From contig CAVPCD010000009.1 in the NCBI GenBank assembly GCA_963702345.1, positions 87,529-151,528 of the forward strand: a DNA stretch of 64,000 nt, read 5' to 3'. Numbering within the stretch: position 1 is the stretch's first letter; each line of letters begins with the position of its first letter. The notes below the pieces were generated by a model. That model ran no database searches, was not told where the DNA came from, and saw nothing but the letters and a program-made list of their open reading frames with translations. Source of the stretch: an uncultured Acidobacteriota bacterium (GTDB taxonomy: Bacteria > Acidobacteriota > Terriglobia > Terriglobales > Acidobacteriaceae). Made by a program: the position numbers and the translations under genes. Of the stretch, positions 18,474 through 28,335 are shown piece by piece.

Positions 18474-20147
18474 TTACTTAGGCCTCGTGATGGCCCCTTC
18501 CGAAGCGGAATGTACCAATGCCGCGTACTTCCCGAACACCCCGGTCGCAAACCGCGGCTTGGGCGCTTTCCATTGGGACATCCGGCGCTCGATCTCGGCA
18601 TCGCTGATCTCAAGTTCCAGCAGTCGCTCGTTTACATCAATCCTGACCATATCTCCTTCATGAACCGCTGCGATCGGTCCACCCAAAGCGGCCTCGGGGG
18701 AAACATGGCCCATCATCAGGCCGCGAGTCGCGCCGCTGAACCGGCCGTCGGTCAGAAGCGCAACCGATTCACCCAGGCCCTCTCCGACAATGGCGGCTGT
18801 GACCCCAAGCATTTCGCGCATGCCGGGTCCGCCGCGCGGGCCTTCATTGCGGATCACGACTACGTCACCAACTTTCAGGCGCTTGCCGGTCACCGCGCTC
18901 ATGGCTTCTTCTTCGGATTCGAACACCCGCGCCGGCCCGCGATGGCTCAGCCGTTCGTGGCCGCTAATTTTTGCCACGCAGCCTTGCGGAGCCAGGTTGC
19001 CGCGCAAGATTACCAGGCCCCCACTTGTTTTGAGAGGCCGATCGAGTGGCGCGATTACTTCCTGGTCAGGGGTTTCGACTGCGGCTGCGGCTTCTTCACC
19101 GATAGTCTTCCCGGTGACTGTCATCGCATTGGCATGAAGTTTTTCGCCTTGCAGCAATCGCTTCGCAAGCAGACGAATTCCTCCTGCGCGGTACATGTCA
19201 GTGGCCACGAAACGCCCGAATGGCTTGAGGTCGCAGAGCAGGGGAGTGCGTTCGCTGACTTTCTGGAAGTCATCGATCTCAAGTGGAACTCCCGCTTCAC
19301 GCGCGATCGCCAGTAAATGAAGTACCGAATTCGTCGACCCGCCGCTGGCGGCGACGGACGCGATTGCATTTTCAATCGCATCCCGAGTGAGGATTTCTTT
19401 TACCTTCGGGCCCCTCTTTAACAGGTTCATCACCAGTTCGCCGCAACGGAAGGTCATTTCATCTTTGTGCGGATCCATTGCCGGCACGCTGTTGTAGCCC
19501 ATTGGTGAGAGTCCAAGCATTTCCATCACCGTAGACATTGTGTTCGCGGTGTACTGTCCTCCACACGAACCGGCTCCCGGGCACGCGACATTTTCCAGTT
19601 CCTGCAAATCGGAGTCGCTCATCTTGCCGGCGGCGTTCGCTCCGATTGCTTCGTAAACATCCTGAATAGTGACGTCCTTGCCGCGAAAATTTCCGGGGGC
19701 GATGGTGCCGCCGTACAGAATGAGTCCTGGTAAATCGAGGCGCGCCAGCGCCATAGCGGCGGCGGGGATCGTCTTGTCGCAGCCAACAATGCAAACCACC
19801 GCGTCGAACAATTGGCCGCGACAGACCAACTCAATGGAATCGGCGATCACTTCGCGGCTCACCAGGGAAGCTCGCATTCCTTCCGTGCCCATGGTTTCGC
19901 CGTCGCTGATGGCAATGGTGTTGAATTCCATTGGCGTGCCACCGGCGGCGCGAACGCCTTCTTTGACCTTCGCCGAAAGCCGGCGCAGGTGGAAGTTGCA
20001 GGGCATGGTTTCAATCCAGGTATTGGCTACGCCAATCAAGGGCTTAGCCAGATCTTCGCTGGTAAGGCCAATCGCTTTAAACATGGAGCGAGCGCCGGCG
20101 CGATCGCGCCCCTCAGTGATAAGACGACTACGGTGTTTCAGATCCAT
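18474..20147 (-). CDS. ilvD: Dihydroxy-acid dehydratase
   Basis: 557 aa. N-terminus [21 protein letters not shown] and the CDKTIPAA Fe-S ligand region are typical of IlvD. Confidence 0.95.
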   Translation of the reverse strand: MDLKHRSRLITEGRDRAGARSMFKAIGLTSEDLAKPLIGVANTWIETMPCNFHLRRLSAKVKEGVRAAGGTPMEFNTIAISDGETMGTEGMRASLVSREVIADSIELVCRGQLFDAVVCIVGCDKTIPAAAMALARLDLPGLILYGGTIAPGNFRGKDVTIQDVYEAIGANAAGKMSDSDLQELENVACPGAGSCGGQYTANTMSTVMEMLGLSPMGYNSVPAMDPHKDEMTFRCGELVMNLLKRGPKVKEILTRDAIENAIASVAASGGSTNSVLHLLAIAREAGVPLEIDDFQKVSERTPLLCDLKPFGRFVATDMYRAGGIRLLAKRLLQGEKLHANAMTVTGKTIGEEAAAAVETPDQEVIAPLDRPLKTSGGLVILRGNLAPQGCVAKISGHERLSHRGPARVFESEEEAMSAVTGKRLKVGDVVVIRNEGPRGGPGMREMLGVTAAIVGEGLGESVALLTDGRFSGATRGLMMGHVSPEAALGGPIAAVHEGDMVRIDVNERLLELEISDAEIERRMSQWKAPKPRFATGVFGKYAALVHSASEGAITRPK

Positions 20148-20382
20148 AGATTTAGAAGATTACGACAGGGGAGAAGAAATCGGAAGCGGCCGGTAAGCCC
20201 AGATACTGGGCGTATTACCGGGAATTGCCTGTCTAACGCCGTATGTGCTCAAGAGCGGAGCTTCCCAGGCCGCTAATCGAGTTGCCTACTGCACTACAAA
20301 TTGAGCAACTCACATCTCCACAGGAGGCATCGAAGAAACGCTTTTCGAAGAAGCAGAAGCATTCGAGGGGAAGTCAGAAGAT

Positions 20383-21687
20383 ATGCAATCAGGCGGATCG
20401 AAATTTGTTTTACAGCCATTAGCACTGTTTTTGTTGTGCATCGTTCTCGCCAGTTGTGGAGGCGGCGCCGGCAGCACCCAAACTCAGACTGATCCCCCGC
20501 CGCCCCCCACTCCGCAAACATCGATACCGCGCTCCGGAGTTAAGAACCTGATGATTGTCGTAATGCAGAACGCTTCCTTCGACCACTTGTTCGGCACTTA
20601 TCCGGGCGCCAACGGCCTGAATTCCTCACTCCCCAGTTACGATCAACTGGATCAGGCGGGGAATACTATCACGCCTCAATTACTGACTGATCTCAGTCCC
20701 GACGACCTGCATCACACCGCCACCAGTTATCAGATCGCGTTCGACTCAGGAGACATGAATAAATATGCCTGGGAGAACGGCGACGAATCGATGGGATACT
20801 ACGATAACACCAGCATCGGGACCGCCAGTGATGGCCAGCAGTTCGGCGTGAATACGCTCTGGGGTTACGCTCAACAATACGCCCTCGCGGATAATTTTTA
20901 TGCTGCCGCCATGGCCAGCGAGCCCGGCAATATGCTCTATATGACATCGGCCTCTGTGGGCACCGGAAGTGATCCTTACGGCTACCCCCAGTTGGACGCC
21001 TGCAGCGCAGCCCTGTATCAGCAGAACCAGAGCATAGGCGCGACCATCACCCCGCCGCTGACTTACCAGAACGTTGGCGACCAGCTTTCGGCAGCCAAGA
21101 TTTCTTGGACATGGTTCCATGAGTATTTTTCCAATGAGCAGAATGGTTCCTGCCTTCACTATGTGCCACAGGAAAATGCGTTTCAGTATTTTCAGTCGAC
21201 TGCGAACTCCGCTAATGTACAGAACTTCACGCTTTCGGATTTTCAATCGCAACTGGCCGCAGGAACTGTGCCGTCGGTAATGTGGGTCACGGCTTCGCCG
21301 GGACATAGCATGCATCCCGGGCAAGGGAATATCGCGAATGGCATCGAGTGGCTGGACAACTTCGTGAACGCGGTCAAGGGCTCAAGTGCCTGGCCGAATA
21401 CCGCAATTGTTGTGATCTGGGACGAAAGCGGCGGATGGTATGACCATATGGCCCCGCCCCAATTGAATGGGACCATCGGCTTGGGAGCGCGAGTTCCGGT
21501 CCTGATGATTTCGCCCCTGGCGAAGACCAACTACATTTCGTCGCAGCAGATGGATTTTGTTTCGGTGTTGCGATTCATTCAGTGGAATTGGGCGCTGGGA
21601 ACATTCGCTGATTCTGGGCAAGCGGCCCGGGAAGCCCTGAGCGGAAACATCTGTGAATTGCTGACCACAGCTTGCGGAAATCCGTAA
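20383..21687 (+). CDS. Phosphoesterase family lipoprotein (phospholipase C / acid phosphatase AcpA family)
   Basis: Lipobox LASC. NLMIVVMQNASFDHLFGTYPG and VIWDESGGWYDHMAPP match PF04185-type phosphoesterases. Confidence 0.8.
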   Translation: MQSGGSKFVLQPLALFLLCIVLASCGGGAGSTQTQTDPPPPPTPQTSIPRSGVKNLMIVVMQNASFDHLFGTYPGANGLNSSLPSYDQLDQAGNTITPQLLTDLSPDDLHHTATSYQIAFDSGDMNKYAWENGDESMGYYDNTSIGTASDGQQFGVNTLWGYAQQYALADNFYAAAMASEPGNMLYMTSASVGTGSDPYGYPQLDACSAALYQQNQSIGATITPPLTYQNVGDQLSAAKISWTWFHEYFSNEQNGSCLHYVPQENAFQYFQSTANSANVQNFTLSDFQSQLAAGTVPSVMWVTASPGHSMHPGQGNIANGIEWLDNFVNAVKGSSAWPNTAIVVIWDESGGWYDHMAPPQLNGTIGLGARVPVLMISPLAKTNYISSQQMDFVSVLRFIQWNWALGTFADSGQAAREALSGNICELLTTACGNP

Positions 21688-21708
21688 GTCGATTGCGCAG
21701 TCGTATTT

Positions 21709-22032
21709 CTATGCCATAGCTGCGTTGGCATTGGTGCCGCTCGCGCTCGCAGAGGCAGGCGGATGGGCATTCGGCAAACCGGTGGCCGAATCGAGCATTT
21801 CGGCTGTTGGCACACCCACACGAACATCCATTACATCGACAATCGCGTACCAGTCACGGCAGAGCTGGCCGATCTGCTTGGTGTTGACGTCCAGTAAAAG
21901 ACTCGCGCGTTGGCCGTGACCGTCGGCGCATGCCTGCACGTAAAACATTTCGAGCCCGCGCCGAGAAACCGCGGTGAGAATGCGCATCAGCGTGCCTTGC
22001 GTATTGCGATAATGGATGTGAAATGCGTGCAT
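21709..22032 (-). CDS. ACT-domain acetolactate synthase small subunit, IlvM-like (short form) with low-complexity tail
   Basis: The ORF track extends to 22194, overlapping ilvB. The plausible start is ATG 22032-22030, preceded by GGGAGAAG. MHAFHIHYRNTQGTLMRILTAVSRRGLEMFYV...IGQLCRDWYAIVDVMDV resembles IlvM/IlvN ACT folds. The Ala/Ser/Pro-rich C-terminus is unusual. Confidence 0.45.
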   Translation of the reverse strand: MHAFHIHYRNTQGTLMRILTAVSRRGLEMFYVQACADGHGQRASLLLDVNTKQIGQLCRDWYAIVDVMDVRVGVPTAEMLDSATGLPNAHPPASASASGTNANAAMA

Positions 22033-22080
22033 GTTCTTCTCCCAAATTCTCACTTCAGCTTCGATCAAGCTCCGCTCGAT

Positions 22081-22107
22081 AGACAGCCGAGGGCGGCTGT
22101 CTCCACA
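22081..22107 (-). repeat. REP-like unit (same family as the arms of lhr element 1) in the ilvB/ilvM-like spacer
   Basis: The minus strand reads TGTGG-AGACAGCCG-ccct-CGGCTGTCT, nearly identical to the two arms at 3268-3294 and 3358-3384. The upstream TTCAGCTTCG is also shared with the lhr element. Confidence 0.55.
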
Positions 22108-22117
22108 CAAACCAGCC

Positions 22118-23812
22118 TCATTCTTCTTCGAACAACATCTCCGACAGCGCCGCCCCTGCCGGAACCATCGGATAAACATTTGCCTCAGGCGCACAGTCGA
22201 ACACCAGCAACTCCGGCTCCGGCGATCGTAGAAAGCGCTCTAACGCGTCTGCCGTGTCTTCAGTGACCGGATATTCGCGCATCACATCTTCCTGAACGCG
22301 CACTGCATTGATGCGATAAGCTTTCGCGATTTCCACAAAATCCGGATTGTCGCTCAAATCAGTCTCAGCATAATTTCGCTGGTAGAAAAGTTGCTGCCAT
22401 TGGCGGACCATGCCCAGATATTTGTTATCGACAATTACCATTTTGATGGGAAGATTCAGGCGGCGCACGGTGGCCAGTTCCTGAATGTTCATCTGGAAGC
22501 CGCCGTCTCCAGATACGCAGAGCACGGCCGCATCCGGTTTCGAAAGTTGAACTCCGACCGCGGCCGGCAAAGCGAAGCCCATCGAACCCAGGCCACCGGA
22601 AGTGATAAAACCACGCGGCGAGGCCGAGCGATAACGCTGCGCCGCCCACATCTGGTGCTGGCCTACGTCGGCGATGACAACGCTGTTTTGCGTAAGGCGC
22701 CCGAAAAGTTCGTCCAGAAAGCGAATAGTCGGTTGCGAGAGTCCGCGCGGATCGAGTTCCGCCCGATCTTCCCCGCAAGCTATGGCCCTCCATTCATTCC
22801 AACTCGGCAACTTCGCGCCGCGCACTTTCTCGTGGAAGGCAGGAATTGTTTTTGCGAGATCTCCAATGATTGGGAGTTCGCACGCGCGAACTCGATCCAG
22901 TTGTGCCGGATCAATTTCAAAATGTACGATTTTGGAATGGGGCGCAAAACGGGTGGGGTCGCCCGTGACCCTGTCATCCAAACGCGCGCCGAAAACCAGC
23001 AGCAGATCGTTTTCATGCAACGCCATGTTGGCGGCGCGAGTGCCGTGCATGCCGACCATGCCCAGATAATAAGGAGCCTCTGGTTCAACCGCGCCCAGTC
23101 CGTGGACTGTGGCGAAAGTAGGGATGTTGAGGTCATCCAGCAAACTTCGCAATTCCGATATGGCGCCTGAAAGTTTCGCGCCTGCCCCGATCAATGCCAC
23201 CGGACGCTCGGCCTTTTGCAGCAACGAAATCAGCTTGTCGCCAAATGCCGCTTCCAGGGCCGAATCCGACGGACGCGGCTTCGGCGTGAACTTCACCGGC
23301 CCGGCAAATTCCATTTTTGCTTTCAGAAAATCGGTCGGGATGTCTATGACTACCGGTCCCGGACGACCTTCGCGTGCCCAATAGAAAGCTTCAGCGATTA
23401 CTGAAGGGATTTCGTCGATCGTCTTCACCAGCCTGCTCCACTTTGTTAGAGAGAGAGTCAACCCGAAAACGTCGGTTTCCTGAAAAGCATCGGAACCAAT
23501 CAACGAGCTGCGGACTTGGCCGGTAATGCAAACCAGCGGAACCGAATCCATTTTTGCATCGGCGATGCCGGTGACCAGGTTTGTCGCGCCCGGGCCGCTG
23601 GTGGCAATAGCCACGCCAACTTTTCCTGTGGCGCGCGCATGGCCTTCAGCCGCAAAAACCGCGCCCTGCTCGTGACGCGTGAGCACGTGACGAATGCCGC
23701 TGCCGTCTAGCGCATCATAAAGCGGCATAATCGCGCCGCCTGGATAGCCGAAGACCAGGTCGACGCCCTCAGCCCGGAGGCACTGCAAAAATATTTCCGC
23801 GCCTCTAAGCAT
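22118..23812 (-). CDS. ilvB: Acetolactate synthase (acetohydroxyacid synthase) large subunit
   Basis: 564 aa ThDP enzyme. [14 protein letters not shown], the [10 protein letters not shown] region and the [14 protein letters not shown] ThDP motif. The start overlaps the ilvC stop by 8 nt (ATGCTTAG). Confidence 0.92.
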   Translation of the reverse strand: MLRGAEIFLQCLRAEGVDLVFGYPGGAIMPLYDALDGSGIRHVLTRHEQGAVFAAEGHARATGKVGVAIATSGPGATNLVTGIADAKMDSVPLVCITGQVRSSLIGSDAFQETDVFGLTLSLTKWSRLVKTIDEIPSVIAEAFYWAREGRPGPVVIDIPTDFLKAKMEFAGPVKFTPKPRPSDSALEAAFGDKLISLLQKAERPVALIGAGAKLSGAISELRSLLDDLNIPTFATVHGLGAVEPEAPYYLGMVGMHGTRAANMALHENDLLLVFGARLDDRVTGDPTRFAPHSKIVHFEIDPAQLDRVRACELPIIGDLAKTIPAFHEKVRGAKLPSWNEWRAIACGEDRAELDPRGLSQPTIRFLDELFGRLTQNSVVIADVGQHQMWAAQRYRSASPRGFITSGGLGSMGFALPAAVGVQLSKPDAAVLCVSGDGGFQMNIQELATVRRLNLPIKMVIVDNKYLGMVRQWQQLFYQRNYAETDLSDNPDFVEIAKAYRINAVRVQEDVMREYPVTEDTADALERFLRSPEPELLVFDCAPEANVYPMVPAGAALSEMLFEEE

Positions 23813-24857
23813 TCACAACCTTCTTTTTCTCGGTCGATTCAGACTTGTGCGCCTGCTTGCCGGAGTCTTTTTGCAGCCACGACATCATGCCGCGCAGGTT
23901 CGCTCCTACTTCTTCCACCTTGTGCTTCTTTTCGGCTGCCCGCAGTGCGGCAAAGTTCTTCCCGCCAGACTTGTTTTCTTCAATCCATTCTCGGGCAAAG
24001 TTCCCGGCTTGAATGTCCGCAAGGATTTTCTTCATGGCCGTACGCGTCTCATCGCCGACGACTTTCGGTCCACGCGTCAAGTCGCCGTATTCGGCGGTGT
24101 TAGAGATCGAATAACGCATGCGATCCAGACCGCCTTCGTAGATCAGATCCACGATCAATTTCATTTCGTGAATGCATTCGAAATATGCGATCTCGGGCTG
24201 GTAGCCGGCTTCAATCAAAGTTTCAAAGCCTTTCTTCATCAGAGAAGTGAGGCCACCGCAAAGCACCGCCTGCTCGCCGAACAGGTCGCTTTCGGTCTCT
24301 TCTTTAAAAGTGGTTTGCAAAACGCCTGCGCGGGTGGATCCGATGCCATAGCCATAAGCGAGAGCCAGTTCGTGAGCCCGACCGCTCGCGTCCTGTTGGA
24401 TCGCAATCAAAGCGGGCACGCCGCGGCCTTCGGCATAAACTCGTCGCAATAAATGGCCCGGGCTCTTGGGCGCGATCATCACCACGTCGACGTCGGCCGG
24501 CGGAACGATGGTTTTAAAATGGATGCTGAAGCCGTGCGAGAAGCCTAGAACTTTGCCCTTCGTCAAACCCGGCTTAATGGCTGACTCGTAGAACTCGGCC
24601 TGGGTCTCGTCCGGAGTCAGAATCTGAATCCAGTCGGCCTTTTTCGCCGCTTCGGCAGGAGCTAGAACGGTGAAGCCGTCGGCCTTCGCCTGTTTGGCGC
24701 TGGCGCGGCTCGGATCGAGACCGATTACGACGTTGTAGCCGCTGTCGCGCAGGTTTTGCGCTTGGGCATGGCCCTGGCTTCCGTAGCCAAAAATTGCGAT
24801 GGTCTTGCCCTTCAGGGCGGAAGGATTAGCGTCATGCTCATAAAAAACAGTGGCCAT
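23805..24857 (-). CDS. ilvC: Ketol-acid reductoisomerase
   Basis: 350 aa. [40 protein letters not shown] is the canonical class I KARI N-terminus. Confidence 0.95.
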   Translation of the reverse strand: MATVFYEHDANPSALKGKTIAIFGYGSQGHAQAQNLRDSGYNVVIGLDPSRASAKQAKADGFTVLAPAEAAKKADWIQILTPDETQAEFYESAIKPGLTKGKVLGFSHGFSIHFKTIVPPADVDVVMIAPKSPGHLLRRVYAEGRGVPALIAIQQDASGRAHELALAYGYGIGSTRAGVLQTTFKEETESDLFGEQAVLCGGLTSLMKKGFETLIEAGYQPEIAYFECIHEMKLIVDLIYEGGLDRMRYSISNTAEYGDLTRGPKVVGDETRTAMKKILADIQAGNFAREWIEENKSGGKNFAALRAAEKKHKVEEVGANLRGMMSWLQKDSGKQAHKSESTEKKKVVNA

Positions 24858-24923
24858 TTAATTCGTCTCCTCAATCGCTGGGGTGATCTGCAAATGCCGA
24901 CCGACCGTCCGGTCGGTAGAGAT

Positions 24924-24952
24924 ATGCTACCCGGCAGGCGTATCCATGTCAA
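24924..24952 (-). promoter_or_regulatory. Sigma70-like promoter candidate for ilvC-ilvB-ilvM-like
   Basis: The minus strand reads TTGACA (24952-24947), a 17-nt spacer, then TAGCAT (24929-24924), about 65 nt upstream of the ilvC ATG. A 7-bp hairpin (ACCGACC-gtcc-GGTCGGT on the plus strand) sits in the leader. Confidence 0.4.
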
Positions 24953-25061
24953 GACATTGCTTTTGCGCCCCAATCGCTCTACTTTGGCTCGCTGGAGCCG
25001 TGCAGCGGGGATAACCGGCATTAAAATGGGGAGCTATATCAATTAGGAGGGTAGGGACGCG

Positions 25062-25370
25062 ATGGCCACGATCCGCATAGTACTCCCATTCCACCTGCGT
25101 AATTTGGCGCATGTCGGTAGCGAAGTCACATTACCTGTCGAAGGCCCGGTTACCCAGCGCTCTGTGCTTGACGCCCTGGAGGAGCATTATCCGATGTTGC
25201 GAGGCGCAATTCGCGACCACGACACCATGCAGCGCCGGGCGTTCCTCCGCTTTTTCGCCTGCGAAGAAGATCTCACCCACGAATCACCCGACGCCTCGTT
25301 ACCTGAGGCGGTCATATCCGGCAAAGAGCCTTTCATCGTGATCGGTGCCATCGCTGGCGGAAGAAAATAA
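25062..25370 (+). CDS. MoaD/ThiS-family ubiquitin-like (beta-grasp) small protein, with GG followed by RK
   Basis: 102 aa. RBS AGGAGG upstream. Pattern [13 protein letters not shown]...[14 protein letters not shown]...[12 protein letters not shown] matches MoaD/ThiS-like proteins as I recall them. Confidence 0.6.
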   Translation: MATIRIVLPFHLRNLAHVGSEVTLPVEGPVTQRSVLDALEEHYPMLRGAIRDHDTMQRRAFLRFFACEEDLTHESPDASLPEAVISGKEPFIVIGAIAGGRK

Positions 25371-25485
25371 AAAAGCCTACCTTTGTGTCGATTTCCCCAG
25401 CCTCGTTCGACGTGATAATAGAGCGAGGATTCAGAAGCAATTTCAAGGCGAGAGCCAAGCTCAATACAAATAAGGAGAGATTACG

Positions 25486-25911
25486 ATGCGAGTCATGGTC
25501 ATAGTCAAGGGCGATAAGAATTCCGAAGCAGGTATCCTGCCTGACAAAAAGCTCTTCGAGGAAATGGGGAAGTTCAACGAGCAACTGGCCAAAGCGGGTG
25601 TAATGCTTGCGGCTGAAGGTCTTAAACCGACTTCAAACGGCAAAAAGGTGAAATTCTCGGGCGCCACGCGTACCGTGATTGACGGCCCGTTTACCGAGTC
25701 GAAGGAAATCATCGCCGGATTTTGGTTGTGGCAGGTTCGCTCGATGGGAGACGCGGTCGAGTGGCTCAAACGCGCTCCGTTCGACGGCGGCACCGAGATC
25801 GAACTTCGGCCGGTTTACGAGACCGACGATTTTGGTGATGCCATTACCCCGGAAATGAAAGAACAGGAAGAGCGGACCCGGCGGCAAATCGACAAGCCGA
25901 AAGCATCGTAA
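25486..25911 (+). CDS. YciI-family (DGPF/YCII-related) protein
   Basis: 141 aa. MRVMVIVKGD...FNEQLAKAGVMLAAEGL...VIDGPFTESKEIIAGFWLWQV is typical of the YCII-related domain. RBS AAGGAGAG. Confidence 0.75.
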   Translation: MRVMVIVKGDKNSEAGILPDKKLFEEMGKFNEQLAKAGVMLAAEGLKPTSNGKKVKFSGATRTVIDGPFTESKEIIAGFWLWQVRSMGDAVEWLKRAPFDGGTEIELRPVYETDDFGDAITPEMKEQEERTRRQIDKPKAS

Positions 25912-25948
25912 GTAGAGTCGCGACCGACGGTAGGTGCTTTCAAAAAAA

Positions 25949-26878
25949 ATGGCCGAAACATCCAGAGTCGACGTGGTGGGCGTTGGTCTCAATGCCACCG
26001 ACACTCTTATCAAAGTGCCGAAATATCCCGAGCGCGGTTCGAAAGTCGAATCAGCTTCGGTGACCGTGTTGCCCGGTGGACAAGTCGCTAGCGCCGTCAT
26101 TGCCTGCGCGCAATGGGGACTGCGTACCCGATACGTGGGGAAACTAGGAGACGATCCCGCTGCCGCACTCCACCGCCAAGAATTTGCTCGCGCGGGAGTG
26201 GAGATGCAGATCGTCACCGCCGAAGGATGCGCAAGCCACCAATCGTTCATTCTTGTTGACCCCAATGGCGAGCGCACGGTTGTGCGTCGTCAGGATGAGA
26301 AGCTTCTACTTCGGCCTGACGAACTCAAACGTGCATGGATCTCAAATGCTCGCGCTCTCCTGGTAGATGGATGTGATACCGCCGCAGCTACAGCCGCTGC
26401 CAAGTGGGCACGCGACGCGCGTATCCCTGTGATCGCCGACTTCGATGAAGCTTATCCCGGAATCGAAGAACTGATGAAAAATGTCGACTATCTTATTGTC
26501 AGCAGAGGTTTTCCGCACATGATTTGCGATGAGGGTGATCTTAGGAATTCTCTTCCTCTATTGCAGAGCCGTTTCAGATGCCGGTTAACGGCGGCGACTC
26601 TCGGGTCAGAGGGTGTACTCGCCTGGGATGGACAGCAATTTCACCATGCCTGCGCCTATAAAGTTCCGGTCATGGACACAACCGGGGCCGGCGATATTTT
26701 TCACGCAGGTTTTGTTTATGCGCTTCTGCAAGGATGGTCTCTGCAGCGCCGACTCGATTTCGCCTGTGCCGCGGCCGCTCTCAATTGCACTGCGAACGGC
26801 CCGCGTGGCGGAATCCGCAGCGTGAATGAGATCGAAAAGCTTATGGCGACGGGTGGTCGCTACAGTGCTCGCCTCTAA
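25949..26878 (+). CDS. PfkB-family carbohydrate kinase (ribokinase-like)
   Basis: N-terminal VDVVGVGLNATD and C-terminal DTTGAGDIFHAGFVYALL (PfkB signature 2). The ORF track starts at TTG 25934; ATG 25949 is preferred. Confidence 0.8.
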   Translation: MAETSRVDVVGVGLNATDTLIKVPKYPERGSKVESASVTVLPGGQVASAVIACAQWGLRTRYVGKLGDDPAAALHRQEFARAGVEMQIVTAEGCASHQSFILVDPNGERTVVRRQDEKLLLRPDELKRAWISNARALLVDGCDTAAATAAAKWARDARIPVIADFDEAYPGIEELMKNVDYLIVSRGFPHMICDEGDLRNSLPLLQSRFRCRLTAATLGSEGVLAWDGQQFHHACAYKVPVMDTTGAGDIFHAGFVYALLQGWSLQRRLDFACAAAALNCTANGPRGGIRSVNEIEKLMATGGRYSARL

Positions 26879-26887
26879 GTAGCGCTG

Positions 26888-27715
26888 CTAAAACGGCAGC
26901 CGCACCGTAAGAATCCCGTTGTGGTTTGTGGTGTGGAATTGTGTAGTCGCGATCTGAAATCCGCCGCCAACCGTCAGACCGACGCGATGTGTGAGATGCA
27001 ACCGCCCAATCACCAGTCCTGGAGTTACAAAATTTTGCTTCATGCCGTCATGCGGTCCGTCCTGAAAAAAGGTGGTGTTCAATTCCACCTCGGGCCAGAA
27101 TTTCTTGAAGCAGTGATATTGAAATGCGTTATTCCATAGATAGGTGCGGCCGATCAAATCAGTGTCTGCGGCCGGCAGTCCGATTCCGAAAGTTCCCTGC
27201 GCGTCGAAGTGATGGAAGCCCTTACCGTAAGCGATCGTAGGCGTGATGATGGCGTGCAGCGCGCCATTGGTATATTGCCCAGTTGGCAGACTCCATCCCA
27301 GGAACGCAGTCAGGATGTAATTTCCGTGCTCCTCATCCGACGAAAGCAGCCGGTACTTCACCAGGAACGCGACATCTCCGAATCCATCTTTCGTCTTGGG
27401 GCTATTGTGTTCAAGATAAGGCGGTACATTGAAGATCACCTCAACCTTTTCGAAGGGAATCAATTCCAGACCTTTGCCGCCGTCAAAGTTATTGGTGGTC
27501 ACGCCTTCATTATTTACTTGCCACAGTTGGTCGTAACGAAGTTCTTCTTCCAGTCGGGGCGTTGTCGTGGCCAGGGGTGTGATCCAGTGCGGCTGCCCGG
27601 CCTGCGTTTTATCGACACGCGCGAACCAATCAGCGAAGTACCCGTCCTGAGCATGTGCCAGCGAGGAAAAAGCACAAAAGGCTAGTAATATTAACGAATA
27701 TCTGTAAATCGGCAC
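26888..27715 (-). CDS. Outer-membrane beta-barrel protein, MetA-pathway-of-phenol-degradation-like transporter family
   Basis: The ORF extends to 27952, but a signal peptide (YSLILLAFCAFSSLAHAQDG) follows GTG 27715-27713, which is preceded by AAGAGAAAAA. Alternating beta-strand pattern, DGFGDVAFLVKYRL motif and terminal LPF. Start is uncertain. Confidence 0.5.
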   Translation of the reverse strand: MPIYRYSLILLAFCAFSSLAHAQDGYFADWFARVDKTQAGQPHWITPLATTTPRLEEELRYDQLWQVNNEGVTTNNFDGGKGLELIPFEKVEVIFNVPPYLEHNSPKTKDGFGDVAFLVKYRLLSSDEEHGNYILTAFLGWSLPTGQYTNGALHAIITPTIAYGKGFHHFDAQGTFGIGLPAADTDLIGRTYLWNNAFQYHCFKKFWPEVELNTTFFQDGPHDGMKQNFVTPGLVIGRLHLTHRVGLTVGGGFQIATTQFHTTNHNGILTVRLPF

Positions 27716-27860
27716 TTTTTCTCTTAATATTTTGTTTGATCTGTATAGTGAATACGGATTGAATTCTATAATATAAACGGTTGAATGTCGTTCTGCGTGA
27801 CGTTTGCGCGTCAATCTCGAAGAACCGATTTTCTTCGAGGCGCGAGATAGGAGTGACCTC

Positions 27861-28295
27861 ATGCCTGGCAACAGATTGCTAAAGACGAACGGCGGATCGC
27901 TCCTGACCCCACGTGATGCCGCTGTCCAACTGGGCATTAGTTTCCCGACCATTAAACAGTGGATTTACAAGAAAAAACTCGAAAGCGTGCGCACCCCGGG
28001 CGGGCACCATCGCGTCCCGCAATCAGAGGTGGACCGCTTGCTGTTTCGGGTCCGCGGCAAAAACGCGTCTGAGCGCAAGGATGTTATCCGCCGGGTAAGC
28101 GGACGTAATCAGTTGGTTGGCCGCGTCGAAGAAGTCCGGATTAGCGGACTTATGGCGGAGGTCACGCTATCGATTGGCGGACAGCAGATCACCTCGATCA
28201 TCACCGCACGTTCAGCGCGCGAGATGAATCTAAAGGCTGGGCAGACAGCGGCGGCACTCATCAAGGCCACAGAGGTCATGATTCTGCGCGTTTAG
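27861..28295 (+). CDS. HTH (excisionase/MerR-type) plus TOBE/Mop domain regulator (molybdate or oxyanion-responsive type)
   Basis: ATG 27861 preceded by AGGAG. LLTPRDAAVQLGISFPTIKQWIYKKKL forms the HTH. SGRNQLVGRVEEVRISGLMAEVTLSIGGQQITSIITARSAREMNLKAGQTAAALIKATEVMI is a TOBE/Mop fold. Confidence 0.7.
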   Translation: MPGNRLLKTNGGSLLTPRDAAVQLGISFPTIKQWIYKKKLESVRTPGGHHRVPQSEVDRLLFRVRGKNASERKDVIRRVSGRNQLVGRVEEVRISGLMAEVTLSIGGQQITSIITARSAREMNLKAGQTAAALIKATEVMILRV

Positions 28296-28335
28296 ACTGA
28301 ATCGCAAGAGCAGAAAAACAATCGATGGTCGAAAC

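Noticed and set aside
22033-22194. N-terminal extension of the ilvM-like ORF overlapping ilvB, including the peptide CGDSRPRLSIERS.
   Set aside because: That peptide is simply the translation of the REP hairpin. A good RBS and ATG at 22032 give a compact ACT-domain protein.
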